Positions 38,819 to 48,088 of a stretch of DNA of 64,000 nt are shown here, one piece after another. The stretch spans positions 1,256 to 65,255 of the forward strand of contig JAJZYZ010000002.1 of NCBI GenBank assembly GCA_021797815.1. Reading direction: 5' to 3'. The notes under the pieces are model-generated. The model saw only the letters and a list, made by a program, of their open reading frames with translations, ran no database searches and was not told where the DNA came from. Positions within the stretch are counted from its first letter, which is position 1, and every line of letters starts with the position of its first letter. The DNA comes from Bacillota bacterium. GTDB lineage: Bacteria; Bacillota; Sulfobacillia; Sulfobacillales; JAIMBI01. The translations under genes and the position numbers were made by a program.

Positions 38819-38876
38819 GACCCCGACCCGCTGGCTGCTGTGACAGAGGTGTCACGTTTCCATGAAAGCTTGGGTC
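38819..38876. promoter_or_regulatory. Divergent pair of ECF41-type promoter motifs
   Basis: Minus strand: TGTCACA (38845..38839), 16 nt, GGTC (38822..38819). Plus strand: TGTCACG (38850..38856), 16 nt, GGTC (38873..38876). The reported ECF41 consensus, as I recall it, is TGTCACA-N16-CGTC. Confidence 0.55.
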
Positions 38877-39752
38877 TATAAATTGATGGACGAAAAAGAC
38901 CGGCTCGCCGAACGAGTCGAGGAGGAGCGGCCACGCCTGCATGCTGTGGCCCTTCGTCTCCTGGGTTCCTCCACCGAGGCGGAGGACGCCGTCCAAGAAG
39001 CATGGATCCGCCTCGGCCGCGCGCGCGTGGAGGAGATTCAGAACGTGGGGGCATGGCTCATGACCGTGATTGGGCATGTCGCCCTCAATATGCTGCGAGC
39101 GCGGTCTCGGTGTCGGGAAGCACCCCTGGAAGAACGATGGGTGGGAGGGGATCTCCTCGATCCCCAGGAGGAATCGCTGGTTTCCGAATCGGTTGGGCTC
39201 GCGCTCCTGGTGGTGCTCGAGACGCTGTCTCCGTCCCAACGCCTCGCGTTCGTGCTGCATGACGTGTTTGGCGTGGCCTTCGATCATATTGGACGGATAA
39301 TCCGCTGGTCCCCGGAGGTGGCCCGCCAGCACGCGAGCCGGGCCCGCCAGCGCGTCCGGCGCGGGACGCCGACAGTCTCTCAGGACGCGGCCGGGCAGGA
39401 GGGCGCGGCCGAGGCATTTTTCGCGGCCGCGCGGCAGGGAGATTTCAATGCCCTGCTAAGGGTCCTGGACCCGGATGTGGCACTCAGAGTACTCGTCGGA
39501 CCGGGCGAAGTGGTGGAGGAACGGGGCGCGGATTCGGTCGCGAGGCGCGCTGTGAGTTTTGCAGACCCGGGACTGGTGGTCCGGGAGGCGAACGTCGCCG
39601 GGATCCCTGGCTGGGTGGGCCTGCGCGGTAACGTCGTGGTATCGGCCGGGTCGGTGACCGTTCGTGGTGGGAGCATCGTGGCCATCGACATCGTCATTGA
39701 CCCCGGGCGCCTCCAAGGATTGGCGATTGCATGGTCCGGCGGTAGCGCGTGA
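38862..39752 (+). CDS. ECF sigma factor with fused C-terminal SnoaL-like domain (ECF41-like)
   Basis: Sigma2 RLHAVALRLLGSSTEAEDAVQEAWIRL, sigma4 LSPSQRLAFVLHDVFGVAFDHIGRII, plus a C-terminal extension of about 100 aa. The real start may be ATG 38886 (MDEKDR) if the upstream promoter motif is used. Confidence 0.85.
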   Translation: MKAWVYKLMDEKDRLAERVEEERPRLHAVALRLLGSSTEAEDAVQEAWIRLGRARVEEIQNVGAWLMTVIGHVALNMLRARSRCREAPLEERWVGGDLLDPQEESLVSESVGLALLVVLETLSPSQRLAFVLHDVFGVAFDHIGRIIRWSPEVARQHASRARQRVRRGTPTVSQDAAGQEGAAEAFFAAARQGDFNALLRVLDPDVALRVLVGPGEVVEERGADSVARRAVSFADPGLVVREANVAGIPGWVGLRGNVVVSAGSVTVRGGSIVAIDIVIDPGRLQGLAIAWSGGSA

Positions 39753-40488
39753 TGGTGGCGCGAAAGGCTGAGCGTGAAGCGCAGCCAGCCGAGCCTTCCC
39801 GCTGGCCCGCACCCGGCTGTCTGTGTTGCCCTATTGCCTCGCATGAGGAGCCCCACTTTTCGTTTGGGCGCCGAATGGCGACCAGATGGTGCGTGAAGGC
39901 GGCGGTGGCCAGGCTCGGGCGCGTCAGTGGCCTCCATCACGTGTCGCGGGGGCCGCATGTGGCGTTGGCACCACGAGCGTCGCATAATCTGGCGGCCACG
40001 GACGGCTCACCCGTCCGACTCGTGCGACCAAGCCCGGCTTCGGTGGGAGGAGCCGTTTCCCGTCCACCGCGGGCGCTGGATTTGGTCTCGTCGCTTCTGC
40101 ATCTGGTCGTCTCGCCTCGCGACCGAGGGACCGGCTCCACGCGGGCCGCCGAGAGGGGCATAGCCGCGGCGTTGCAGTCGCGCGGAAATTATAAATTGGT
40201 AAGAGTGTTGGAGACCCTCGGGACCGCGATAGGGGCCATAGCCCCGGGCTCCTCCGCGCGGACTGGAAGCCCGTGAAGGTCCACTCGCCGACCAACCGCG
40301 AAGTCGATCTGGGCTGCACGATGGTCCCGGGCGGGAAAAGAAAGAGATCAGCCCTGACGGTATCCCGTATGGCCGATCGGCCGTGCCGGGTTCGCGGACG
40401 GCGCGACGGGCCCCTCGGGACGTGGATCGTCCCCGCTTAACCGCCCGCCCCTCGGTATCTGTCCACTGGTGCCATCGGGATGCCACAC

Positions 40489-40511
40489 TCTGGTTCTTTT
40501 CAAGAACCAGA
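40489..40511. promoter_or_regulatory. Perfect 10-bp inverted repeat (candidate operator) upstream of the MFS gene
   Basis: TCTGGTTCTT, spacer ttc, AAGAACCAGA. Sits 44 nt upstream of the GTG 40555 start. Confidence 0.35.
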
Positions 40512-40554
40512 TGAACTCCTACTCTCGACCCAGACCGAGGGCAGGGAGGCCACC

Positions 40555-41808
40555 GTGGGTCAGGACACTACGCATGGAACAGGTCCGCGGATCGGGAGTT
40601 TCTTGCCGTGGCGCGACATTCCAGGACCCATGTGGCTCGTTGGAGCGGGTTCGGCCCTGAACAGCATGGGTCTTTCATTCCTGTGGTCGCTCACCACCCT
40701 CTATGTCCACGTGCACCTCGGAGCGGGGCTGGCCTACGTGGGCCTCATTCTCACCGCGCAGCAGGGTGCGGGACTCATCGGATCTCTCGTGGGCGGCGTG
40801 CTGTCTGATCGGCTGGGAACGCGCGTGCCGCTCTTGCTTTCCGCCGCCACCGGCACGGTCTCCCTGGCGGCCATCGCGGGGGACGGCACCCTGTGGGTGT
40901 ACGCCACGGCCGCCATCCTAGCAGGCACTTCGGTCGGCATCACGTTTGCCTGTCTCAACGCGGCGGCCCCCCGCGCATGGCCTGGAGGCGGCCGGAATGC
41001 GTTCAATATGGTCTATGTCTCGTTCAATCTAGGAGTGGCAGTCGGGCCGATCCTGGCCGGGGTCCTGGCCAGCATCGACTTCCGCCTCACGTTTTTGGTC
41101 GGAGCGCTGGGACTCTTCCTGTTCTTGCTGCTGGTCATGCTAGGCTTCCGCGGTGACGCCTTCACGCGTCTTAACGAAGAGCCGGGGCACCCCGCGCGGC
41201 TGGGAGGGGCCGACCTGGCCGGCCTGGGGTGGCCGGTGTGGCTGCTGGTGGGTGGACTTCTGCTGGACTGGGTGGTCTATGCGCAGTGGTTTACGCTGGT
41301 CCCTAACTATTTGCACACGGCAGGCATCTCCATTCCGTTGTACAGCGGGCTCTGGACGGTTAACGGTGTGATGGTCCTCGCGGGCCAGCCGTTGATGCAG
41401 CGCCTTGTGGCGCGGGTTCCCCGGGTCAAGACGCAAATGCTGGTCGGCAGTGCGTTTTTCCTGCTGGGCATGATGCTTGTGACCTGGCTGCGCACCTACC
41501 CCGTCTACATCGCGGCCATGGTGTGTTCAACGGCGGGTGAAATGCTGGTGTGGCCGGCGGTACCCACAGCCGCGGATGCGGGGACAGGACCCGACCGACG
41601 AGGGCTCGTGCAGGGAGTCGTGAGCATGGCGGGGTTCGCTGGCCGCACCGTAGGTCCACTGGTGGGTGTCGGCCTGGCGGGGGTGCTTGCGGCGGGTCCG
41701 GTTTTTGGGGTCCTCGCTCTCGTTATCCTCACGGGGGGCGTGCTGTACGCCTTTTACGTGCATCCTGACCGCGCCGAAGGCCTTCAGGACGCTCAGACGC
41801 TGAGCTAA
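40555..41808 (+). CDS. MFS transporter
   Basis: ORF 40480..41808. Multiple TM segments and an LSDRLGTR loop motif. GTG 40555 lies 5 nt after AGGGAGG. Confidence 0.8.
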   Translation: MGQDTTHGTGPRIGSFLPWRDIPGPMWLVGAGSALNSMGLSFLWSLTTLYVHVHLGAGLAYVGLILTAQQGAGLIGSLVGGVLSDRLGTRVPLLLSAATGTVSLAAIAGDGTLWVYATAAILAGTSVGITFACLNAAAPRAWPGGGRNAFNMVYVSFNLGVAVGPILAGVLASIDFRLTFLVGALGLFLFLLLVMLGFRGDAFTRLNEEPGHPARLGGADLAGLGWPVWLLVGGLLLDWVVYAQWFTLVPNYLHTAGISIPLYSGLWTVNGVMVLAGQPLMQRLVARVPRVKTQMLVGSAFFLLGMMLVTWLRTYPVYIAAMVCSTAGEMLVWPAVPTAADAGTGPDRRGLVQGVVSMAGFAGRTVGPLVGVGLAGVLAAGPVFGVLALVILTGGVLYAFYVHPDRAEGLQDAQTLS

Positions 41809-42110
41809 TGCCACCGAAGGCGCACGACCATTAAGACTTGGCGGCCGACCGGCCTGCCAGGTGATACTTGCGCGGCTGCCTGGTGACGGCACCCCATAGC
41901 TTTCCTAGTCGTGTACGCCGCCAGAACCGCCTCCGTTCGCGCACCAGCAAGCCATATTCTCCCTGACGGCCGTCCGGGGAATAGAGTGTGCAATGGCGCC
42001 GCCGCGGAACAACCGCGGTGTGCGCGGCGATGCAGGTGCAAGAAAGGTCTCAGCCGTCGGCCTGAAAAATCCAGCTGGCCTCTTTGCGTGAATCCGGACC
42101 GGGCGTACTC

Positions 42111-42699
42111 TTATGCGACCGCCCCAACCCCAAGGGTAGCGTCAATCCGAATCTGGGTTAACTGCCCATCCCGAAACGCGAGCCAGTTGGCCTGACGGCG
42201 CATCCGGTCAAATTCCCCCCGGGGGCAGTCGGTGCGTTGCAGGTCCGGGAGCGTACGGCGAGGGTGATGCGAGGTCGGGACGTCACCGGCTCCGTTCCCG
42301 AACGCGAGCGGCCCACCTCAGTTCATCCTTACGACCGAAAGACGGGCTTCCTCCTGAGATTCCCGTGGATCCGTTGGCGGAGGAAGTCCGGGGCAACTCT
42401 AGTTGGCTCGGGCACCCGATGGCTTCGCGGCCAGGAGCGCGGCCGCACTGCGTTCCGTTCTGGACCTTCACGTCATCGCTGGTCATCCCCTCGTCCTCAA
42501 CGTACGCACGTCCGTAGGTCCCCTCCACGAGGCCCCGGAGACCCCTGACCAGCGGGTGCCGGCACGCCGCCGGACTCCCCAAGTCGTCGGTGATCTTGGC
42601 GCGAGATTCGCGGCACTCGGTTGGAATGGCTCCGATGCCGCCGACCAGGCGTGGCTTTTTTGCGCACGATCCCGTCGCCACGGTGGCGCGACCGACCAT
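42111..42699 (-). pseudogene. Possible frameshifted remnant; C-terminal piece is NTF2/SnoaL-like
   Basis: 42111..42218 reads GEFDRMRRQANWLAFRDGQLTQIRIDATLGVGAVA*. The upstream part lies in another frame (ORF 42283..42699). The C6G5 homopolymer at 42215..42225 overlaps the upstream end of that C-terminal piece. Weak evidence. Confidence 0.2.
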
Positions 42700-43739
42700 T
42701 CAGTGCGCGATGGCGGTCTGGAGCCGACGCGCCTTTACGTCTGGGCCTCTGGTTGTCGGCCCCGCCGCGGCCTACGCCCCGGATCCCGCAGAGCACGTCC
42801 TCGCCTCTCAGCCCCCGTGGTTAGACGAGGCCCATAGGTCGAAACAGGGGCGTTGTTCCGGTTCGAGGATTCGGAGAATCCGGGCTCAGCTCGAGGCCAA
42901 TGGTCTTTTGGCGGCGGGGCGTCGTGGGCAAGGCCCGCCGGCGCCCCGAAAGTCCTCGACGGGGATGGGCTGGACACGTCCAATCCAGTCGCCGTGATGG
43001 CGGCAGGGAGCGCGGCCAGCGGGGGCCGAGCGCGGTACCGCTCCCGCAATCGATAGAACGCGGCGGCCCCTCAGCCTGCGCGGACTCTCGTTACAGTGCT
43101 GGCCGGGACCAGAGACCGGGGTGGAGCGAAAACGCTTCTCCAGGGTGGCGCCGTCGGAGGGGGAGCCAGGTCACCGCCATTTCGGGTGAGCACCTAGATA
43201 CGCTGGCCGCCTCCCAGAGGGGAGCTTACCCGCACCGGCATGCACGCACAACCGTAACTCCTCGTATCTATGGGACAGGATCCTGAGATGCACCGCGTGT
43301 TCGTTCCAGGAAGTCCTGTGGGTCTCGTTGAATCAGGATCACACCTCTTCCTCAGATGGGCCGCGATGGGCGGGTGTCGTGTGGTTTAGGACTGAATGAG
43401 TTCGGTCTGGCCGTTAGACGTGGATGCCCGGGACAGCAACGTCGTGGTCGCGCACAGCCTAGGCGCGCTGGACACCTAACGCAATACCGCGGCTGAGCGA
43501 GCTGAGTGGCTCTCAGGATGGGCTCCGGGGACTCCTTTGTCTGGGCAATCTTCAAGGCACTTCAATGTCACGCCAACGTAGCTGGGAGCTCGCAAGGGCA
43601 AAGGGTCCGGAACAGGTGCATCTCCTACGGATAACGAAAGGGGCATACGGATGTTGAGCCTGTCGCTCGGTGCCACTGGAGCGATCGAGGAGGGGGCCAG
43701 GTGGCGGTCCGTTACTCTAATTAGTGAGGGAGGAGAACG

Positions 43740-44174
43740 GTGAAGCGCTCGGTGGTTGTGGCTGCGGCCGCGGTCGCGCTTGGGGCGGCACTCCTCGCGG
43801 CCGTCGTCGTCAGCGTGCAGAGGACCCCCGCCAGTCCCACGGTGAAGTGGCTCGCGTCACAAGGTCTAACGATTTCTCCCCTTAATGAGACGGAGCCAGT
43901 CACCATGGCCCAGGCGGAAGCGTCCGTCCCCGCGTTGTGGAAGAGAGCCCCCATGGTTGCAGAGCTTGTGCTGTTTTCGTCACCGGGGACAACAGTTCCT
44001 GAAAGCTTAGGGAGACCACAGCCGGCATGGCTCATAACCTGGGACCAAACGTCGTCCTCTGGCGGGGCCTACAATGAAAGCTCGCTGCCGCCCGTGGTCG
44101 TAACCTATCATCACATGAACTTGGTCGTCAGTGCCGTAACCGGTCAGACCCTGGAGTCGTTCGCGAGTCCATAG
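43740..44174 (+). CDS. Secreted or membrane-anchored hypothetical protein (144 aa)
   Basis: GTG start after GAGGGAGGAG. N-terminal KRSVVVAAAAVALGAALLAAVVV. The only intact ORF in a 3.7-kb ORF-poor stretch. GC3 looks lower than in neighbouring genes. Confidence 0.6.
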   Translation: MKRSVVVAAAAVALGAALLAAVVVSVQRTPASPTVKWLASQGLTISPLNETEPVTMAQAEASVPALWKRAPMVAELVLFSSPGTTVPESLGRPQPAWLITWDQTSSSGGAYNESSLPPVVVTYHHMNLVVSAVTGQTLESFASP

Positions 44175-45084
44175 CCGGACGGCGTTTCACCTCGTGTCCT
44201 GAAGCGCTAGTCGGCAGACGGTATGCCTGACGTTACGTCCAGTCTCCACAGCTGTTGCCCGTGGCCGGATTGTCGCTGAGCCTTGGGTATTGAGGTTGCA
44301 CCGTGACAGAACAGGGTGTGCTGGCCTGGCATCGGCACCCGCGTCCTGGCGCTCCTGCCAGGCGCCATGTTGGGCCCGGCAGTTCGGCCGGTGACGACGC
44401 TATCCTCTCGGCGACCTCGGCTCGGTCGCGCGACAACCAAAACCCGCTTCCCCGTGACCGTTTCGGCGCACCCACCCGACACGGGTATCTCAAGGAGCCG
44501 ATACCGGCCACGGCGCAACCGTCGCGAACCGCGAGGGGCGGTAACGGCTCCGGGTTATTCGGCAGTGCCCGATGGCGGCCGGGGGCGAACAAGGCGCCTT
44601 CGCTGTCGGGCCACGACCCGTCGAGGCCTTGCTGGAAGCTCGCGGCCGTGACGCATCCGGTCTAATCGATGGACCGTCAGTGAATGAGCCTGGGCTCGGA
44701 CCGGAGCGTCGGCCGCCAGGGCCGTCACGGGCCGTTAGTCGACACCCCCGGAGGGCAAGATCCTGCCCCCCTGCCGCAAGCGTCTCGGGCACCGCGTCGC
44801 TTCAGAGCCCGCCCCGTGGCGAAAATGATGCCGGCGTCATCTTGGGACGGCCGCGACCGCACAGCGCATCCGGTCGCGATCTGAAGGTGGCGTCTGTCGA
44901 AGGCGCGGGTGCTTCCCAACGTGACCCTGCCACCTTCCCCGGGGTGCGTGCCGGGCCAATCGCCGGGGCGCCGGGGAGTCGTGTGGCGTTCGCAGTGGGC
45001 ACGAACAATTGGTGGGCACGGACATCGTCCGGTTCGGATGCGAAGAGGCAACGCGATCGGCGAGATTCTCCCGGCAGAGAGGCT

Positions 45085-45530
45085 TCACGCGGACGCTATC
45101 CCGGGGGACAAAGACGGTCTTGCATACGCATGGGGATGGGGTACGCGAAGACGGCGTTCAGGTACTCGGGACTTCTGTCGCTCCACGTGAGATAGGCGGA
45201 CGGAACCAACACGCGGTCGGATCTTCCGCAAACTGGCAGACCCGCCGTGGGATCTCCACGGCGCACCGCTGGGCGCGTCCGCTCGCTTGCGTCTCTCCGG
45301 GTCGATGAACACGGCACGCAGATGGACGAAGGCGAGCTGAGCCCCCGGTTCCTGGGGCCCCGAGCTGACCGCCTCCGTGTCCCATACGGTGTGCGGGAGG
45401 CGGAGCGAGCGCCAAGTTGCGGCGCACCGTCTAGACGCAACGACGCCCGCAAAAGCCCGGGCAGGCCGGATGGGCGAGGCGGCACACGCGATGGCTCGCC
45501 CCTTAGGAAGACAGCACCCACTCCTCCCAC
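45085..45530 (-). pseudogene. Frameshift-disrupted gene remnant, family unknown
   Basis: 45295..45393 reads HTVWDTEAVSSGPQEPGAQLAFVHLRAVFIDPE (that segment plus the next 10 codons, 43 in all: 35/43 GC3). 45117..45197, in a different frame, reads AYLTWSDRSPEYLNAVFAYPIPMRMQD (24/33 GC3). Confidence 0.3.
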
Positions 45531-46225
45531 CGCATGCCGACGCCGGCGAGACGGTTGCCGACGGCCTCTGCGACGGCCGCAAGCGGCAGGACGGTCTGTC
45601 CCGGGTATGCGCGGGCGAGCGCCTCCGGGGGGTCGTCGAGGTCGACCGCGCTTCCGATGGGAGGCAGATAGAGGGTGGCGACGGCGACATCGGGGGCTTC
45701 CTGCCGAAGGGCGGCGGACAGGAGGGTGAGGTAGCGCTTGCCCGTCTGATACGGAAGCGAGGTGCCCGACACGTCCAGGGGATACGCGGGCGATGCTACC
45801 CGCGCACCGATGTTGAGCAGGAGGCCGGTTCCGGCCGCGCGCAGGGCCGGGAGAAAGGCCTGTGCCATGAGGGTGGAACCCACCACGCCCGTCTCCAGCA
45901 CGGCCGCGACCACTTCGGGACTCATTTGGGCCAGGGATCCGGCCGCAAACTGGCTGGCGTTGTTGATGAGGGCGGTTGGCGCGGCGATGGCCAGCACCGT
46001 GTCGCGGATACGCCGGACGTCGTCCAGGTTCGCGATGCTGCCGACCAGCGCCACGGGCTCTTTACCTTCCCCGCCGAGTCGACGCACCGTCTCATTAATC
46101 CCCGCCTCGTCCCTCGCTACCAGCACGGTCCGCGCCCCGCGGCGGGCAAGCGCCAGCGCGAGCGCCCGTCCGAGTCCCCGACTGGCTCCGGTAATGACCA
46201 CCGAGGCATCCTCCAGGTCTCCCAT
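45503..46225 (-). CDS. Short-chain dehydrogenase/reductase
   Basis: ORF 45503..46489. Start moved to ATG 46225 (MGDLEDASVVITGASRGLG). YQTGK is a YxxxK motif. Confidence 0.85.
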   Translation of the reverse strand: MGDLEDASVVITGASRGLGRALALALARRGARTVLVARDEAGINETVRRLGGEGKEPVALVGSIANLDDVRRIRDTVLAIAAPTALINNASQFAAGSLAQMSPEVVAAVLETGVVGSTLMAQAFLPALRAAGTGLLLNIGARVASPAYPLDVSGTSLPYQTGKRYLTLLSAALRQEAPDVAVATLYLPPIGSAVDLDDPPEALARAYPGQTVLPLAAVAEAVGNRLAGVGMRWEEWVLSS

Positions 46226-46292
46226 CGAGATCCCCTTCCCGGCTCGGGTAGAATCGAACCGACAACCGTGTTTTGTACATTGTAGCGGGGCG

Positions 46293-47210
46293 GTGAAGTG
46301 CGTGGAGCGCGTGGCGCTGGTCACGGCGGGCACGACAGGTCTCGGACGGGCGATTACGAAGACTCTCCTGCGCGCTGGATACGGGGTGGTGGCCACGAGC
46401 CGCCGCGTCGCGGCCGACGAAGACCCGGACCCACCCGGTAAAGACGGACACCTCTTGGTCGCCCGCTGGGACAGCTCCGACAGGGACACGGACCCGGCGG
46501 TGATCGAGGAGGCGCTTTTGCATTTCGGGCGGCTTGACGCCCTGGTGCTGAATGCCGGTCCTTACTATCGGACGCCGGTGTCCGTGGCCGACACGTCCGA
46601 CGGTGTGTTTGCGGCCATGCTGGAGGGAAACCTGAGCGCGCCCTTTCGTCTCATCCGGGCGGCCCTGCCTACTCTGCGCGCCGGATCGCACCCCCGCGTC
46701 GTGACGGTGGGCTACGTCGGTGCAGGCTCGGCGCTGGGTTGGCCGCAGCGGGGGGCCTATGCGTCCGCCAAGGCGGGACTGGCCGCGCTCACCCGTACCC
46801 TGGCGGAAGAAGAGCGACATCGCGGCGTCACCGCCAACATGGTCTGCCCGAGTGATATCCGCACCCACGACAAGACCAGTACGGAGCCGACGCCGGACCG
46901 ACCCGTGGGGGCCGATGTGGCGCGGCTCATCCGCTTTCTGCTGGACCCCGAGGCTGACCATCTGACCGGGCAGGTGCTGGAGCTCGCATTCGCCCCCGGT
47001 TCGGGTGCGGCCCAGGCCGGGGTGGCGATTCCGGTTCCCGCCCGACAGCGCGCTGTGGGGTCGGTTGTCCGGCCGAATGGGTGGCCGACTCCGGTCCCGG
47101 TGGAAGAGGCGCGGCTTGACGGAGATGAGTGGCGGTATCGGGTAAGAACGGGCGATACGACCGCCTGGGTGGGTGAGCGCGATCTGGCCGGGGAGGTTGA
47201 GACGCCCTGA
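46293..47210 (+). CDS. Short-chain dehydrogenase/reductase with about 70-aa C-terminal extension
   Basis: The C-terminal part of ORF 45762..47210 is the real gene. VALVTAGTTGLG, YASAK. Tail is VGSVVRPNGWPTPVPVEEARLDGDEWRYRVRTGDTTAWVGERDL. GTG 46293 start is uncertain (alternatives 46302 and 46311). Confidence 0.8.
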   Translation: MKCVERVALVTAGTTGLGRAITKTLLRAGYGVVATSRRVAADEDPDPPGKDGHLLVARWDSSDRDTDPAVIEEALLHFGRLDALVLNAGPYYRTPVSVADTSDGVFAAMLEGNLSAPFRLIRAALPTLRAGSHPRVVTVGYVGAGSALGWPQRGAYASAKAGLAALTRTLAEEERHRGVTANMVCPSDIRTHDKTSTEPTPDRPVGADVARLIRFLLDPEADHLTGQVLELAFAPGSGAAQAGVAIPVPARQRAVGSVVRPNGWPTPVPVEEARLDGDEWRYRVRTGDTTAWVGERDLAGEVETP

Positions 47211-47236
47211 GCCCTTCGTTTGCCGCCCTCGCTCCC

Positions 47237-47779
47237 ATGGGCGTATGGACGGCCCTGGCGGAAGGAACGCGCCTCATTCCTGTCGGCGACTGGCCGGAGG
47301 GAACCGAGGCCGGAACCTGGCTCGTGCTGGGCGTGGCCCATGGCCGCATCCCGACTCGGTGGCGGGTGCTGGATCTGGACAACCCGGCCCGTGACCCGAA
47401 CGTCGCCGCGGCCATCGACGCCCTCGGCAGGCGGCTTGTGGGCACATTGGCTGCGAGCGGACACCGGTCCTTCTTCTTTCCGTCGCGAAGCGCCATCGAG
47501 TACGGGAGTGGGGCCGGACACCTCTATGCCTGGTTTCCTGAGCTTACGCCGGAGGAGCAGGAAGCGCGCCTCTTGACAGCCCTCAGCGTGGCGCTGGGCC
47601 GAACTCCGGCGGCGCTGTCGCCGGGAGAGCGGCAGGAGACTGGCTTAAACCCGGATCTGCACGTGTTTTTTCCGCCCCGCGAGGACGTGGGGGCGGCTCT
47701 GTCGGTCGCTCCGCTGGCAGCCATCGCCCGTTTCCGGACCCTCTGGGAGGTTTTTGTGGGTTCAGACAAAAAACTCTGA
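47237..47779 (+). CDS. Hypothetical protein (180 aa)
   Basis: Intact ORF with coding-like codon bias (31/40 GC3 in the first 40 codons). No family recognised. Weak SD. Confidence 0.55.
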   Translation: MGVWTALAEGTRLIPVGDWPEGTEAGTWLVLGVAHGRIPTRWRVLDLDNPARDPNVAAAIDALGRRLVGTLAASGHRSFFFPSRSAIEYGSGAGHLYAWFPELTPEEQEARLLTALSVALGRTPAALSPGERQETGLNPDLHVFFPPREDVGAALSVAPLAAIARFRTLWEVFVGSDKKL

Positions 47780-47833
47780 CCGGTCGGGGTTAGAGCCGCT
47801 ACAATAGCAACAAACTCGGGTCGGGGGTGACGC

Positions 47834-48088
47834 GTGGGCGATCTGATGGTGCTGACGGCCGCCGGGGTTACGGCCACCGACCGCATCGTGGTCGGCATCG
47901 GCCTCGTGCTCATCATCGCGGTAGCATTGGTCGTGGTGTCGGCGTACCGCGCGACCACGGCCCGACCGCCGCGCGAGATGCGGCTCCGTCGGCAGTGGAC
48001 CGTGATTCGGGGCGGCCGTCGGCACGAGCCCGACTGGCGGGCCAAGCCGTCCGGGCGCTCTGGCCGGCGGCGCGACGCCGGCCCCTAG
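47834..48088 (+). CDS. Small membrane protein (84 aa) with Arg-rich tail
   Basis: GTG start, one TM segment (IVVGIGLVLIIAVALVVVSAY), high GC3. Confidence 0.5.
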   Translation: MGDLMVLTAAGVTATDRIVVGIGLVLIIAVALVVVSAYRATTARPPREMRLRRQWTVIRGGRRHEPDWRAKPSGRSGRRRDAGP

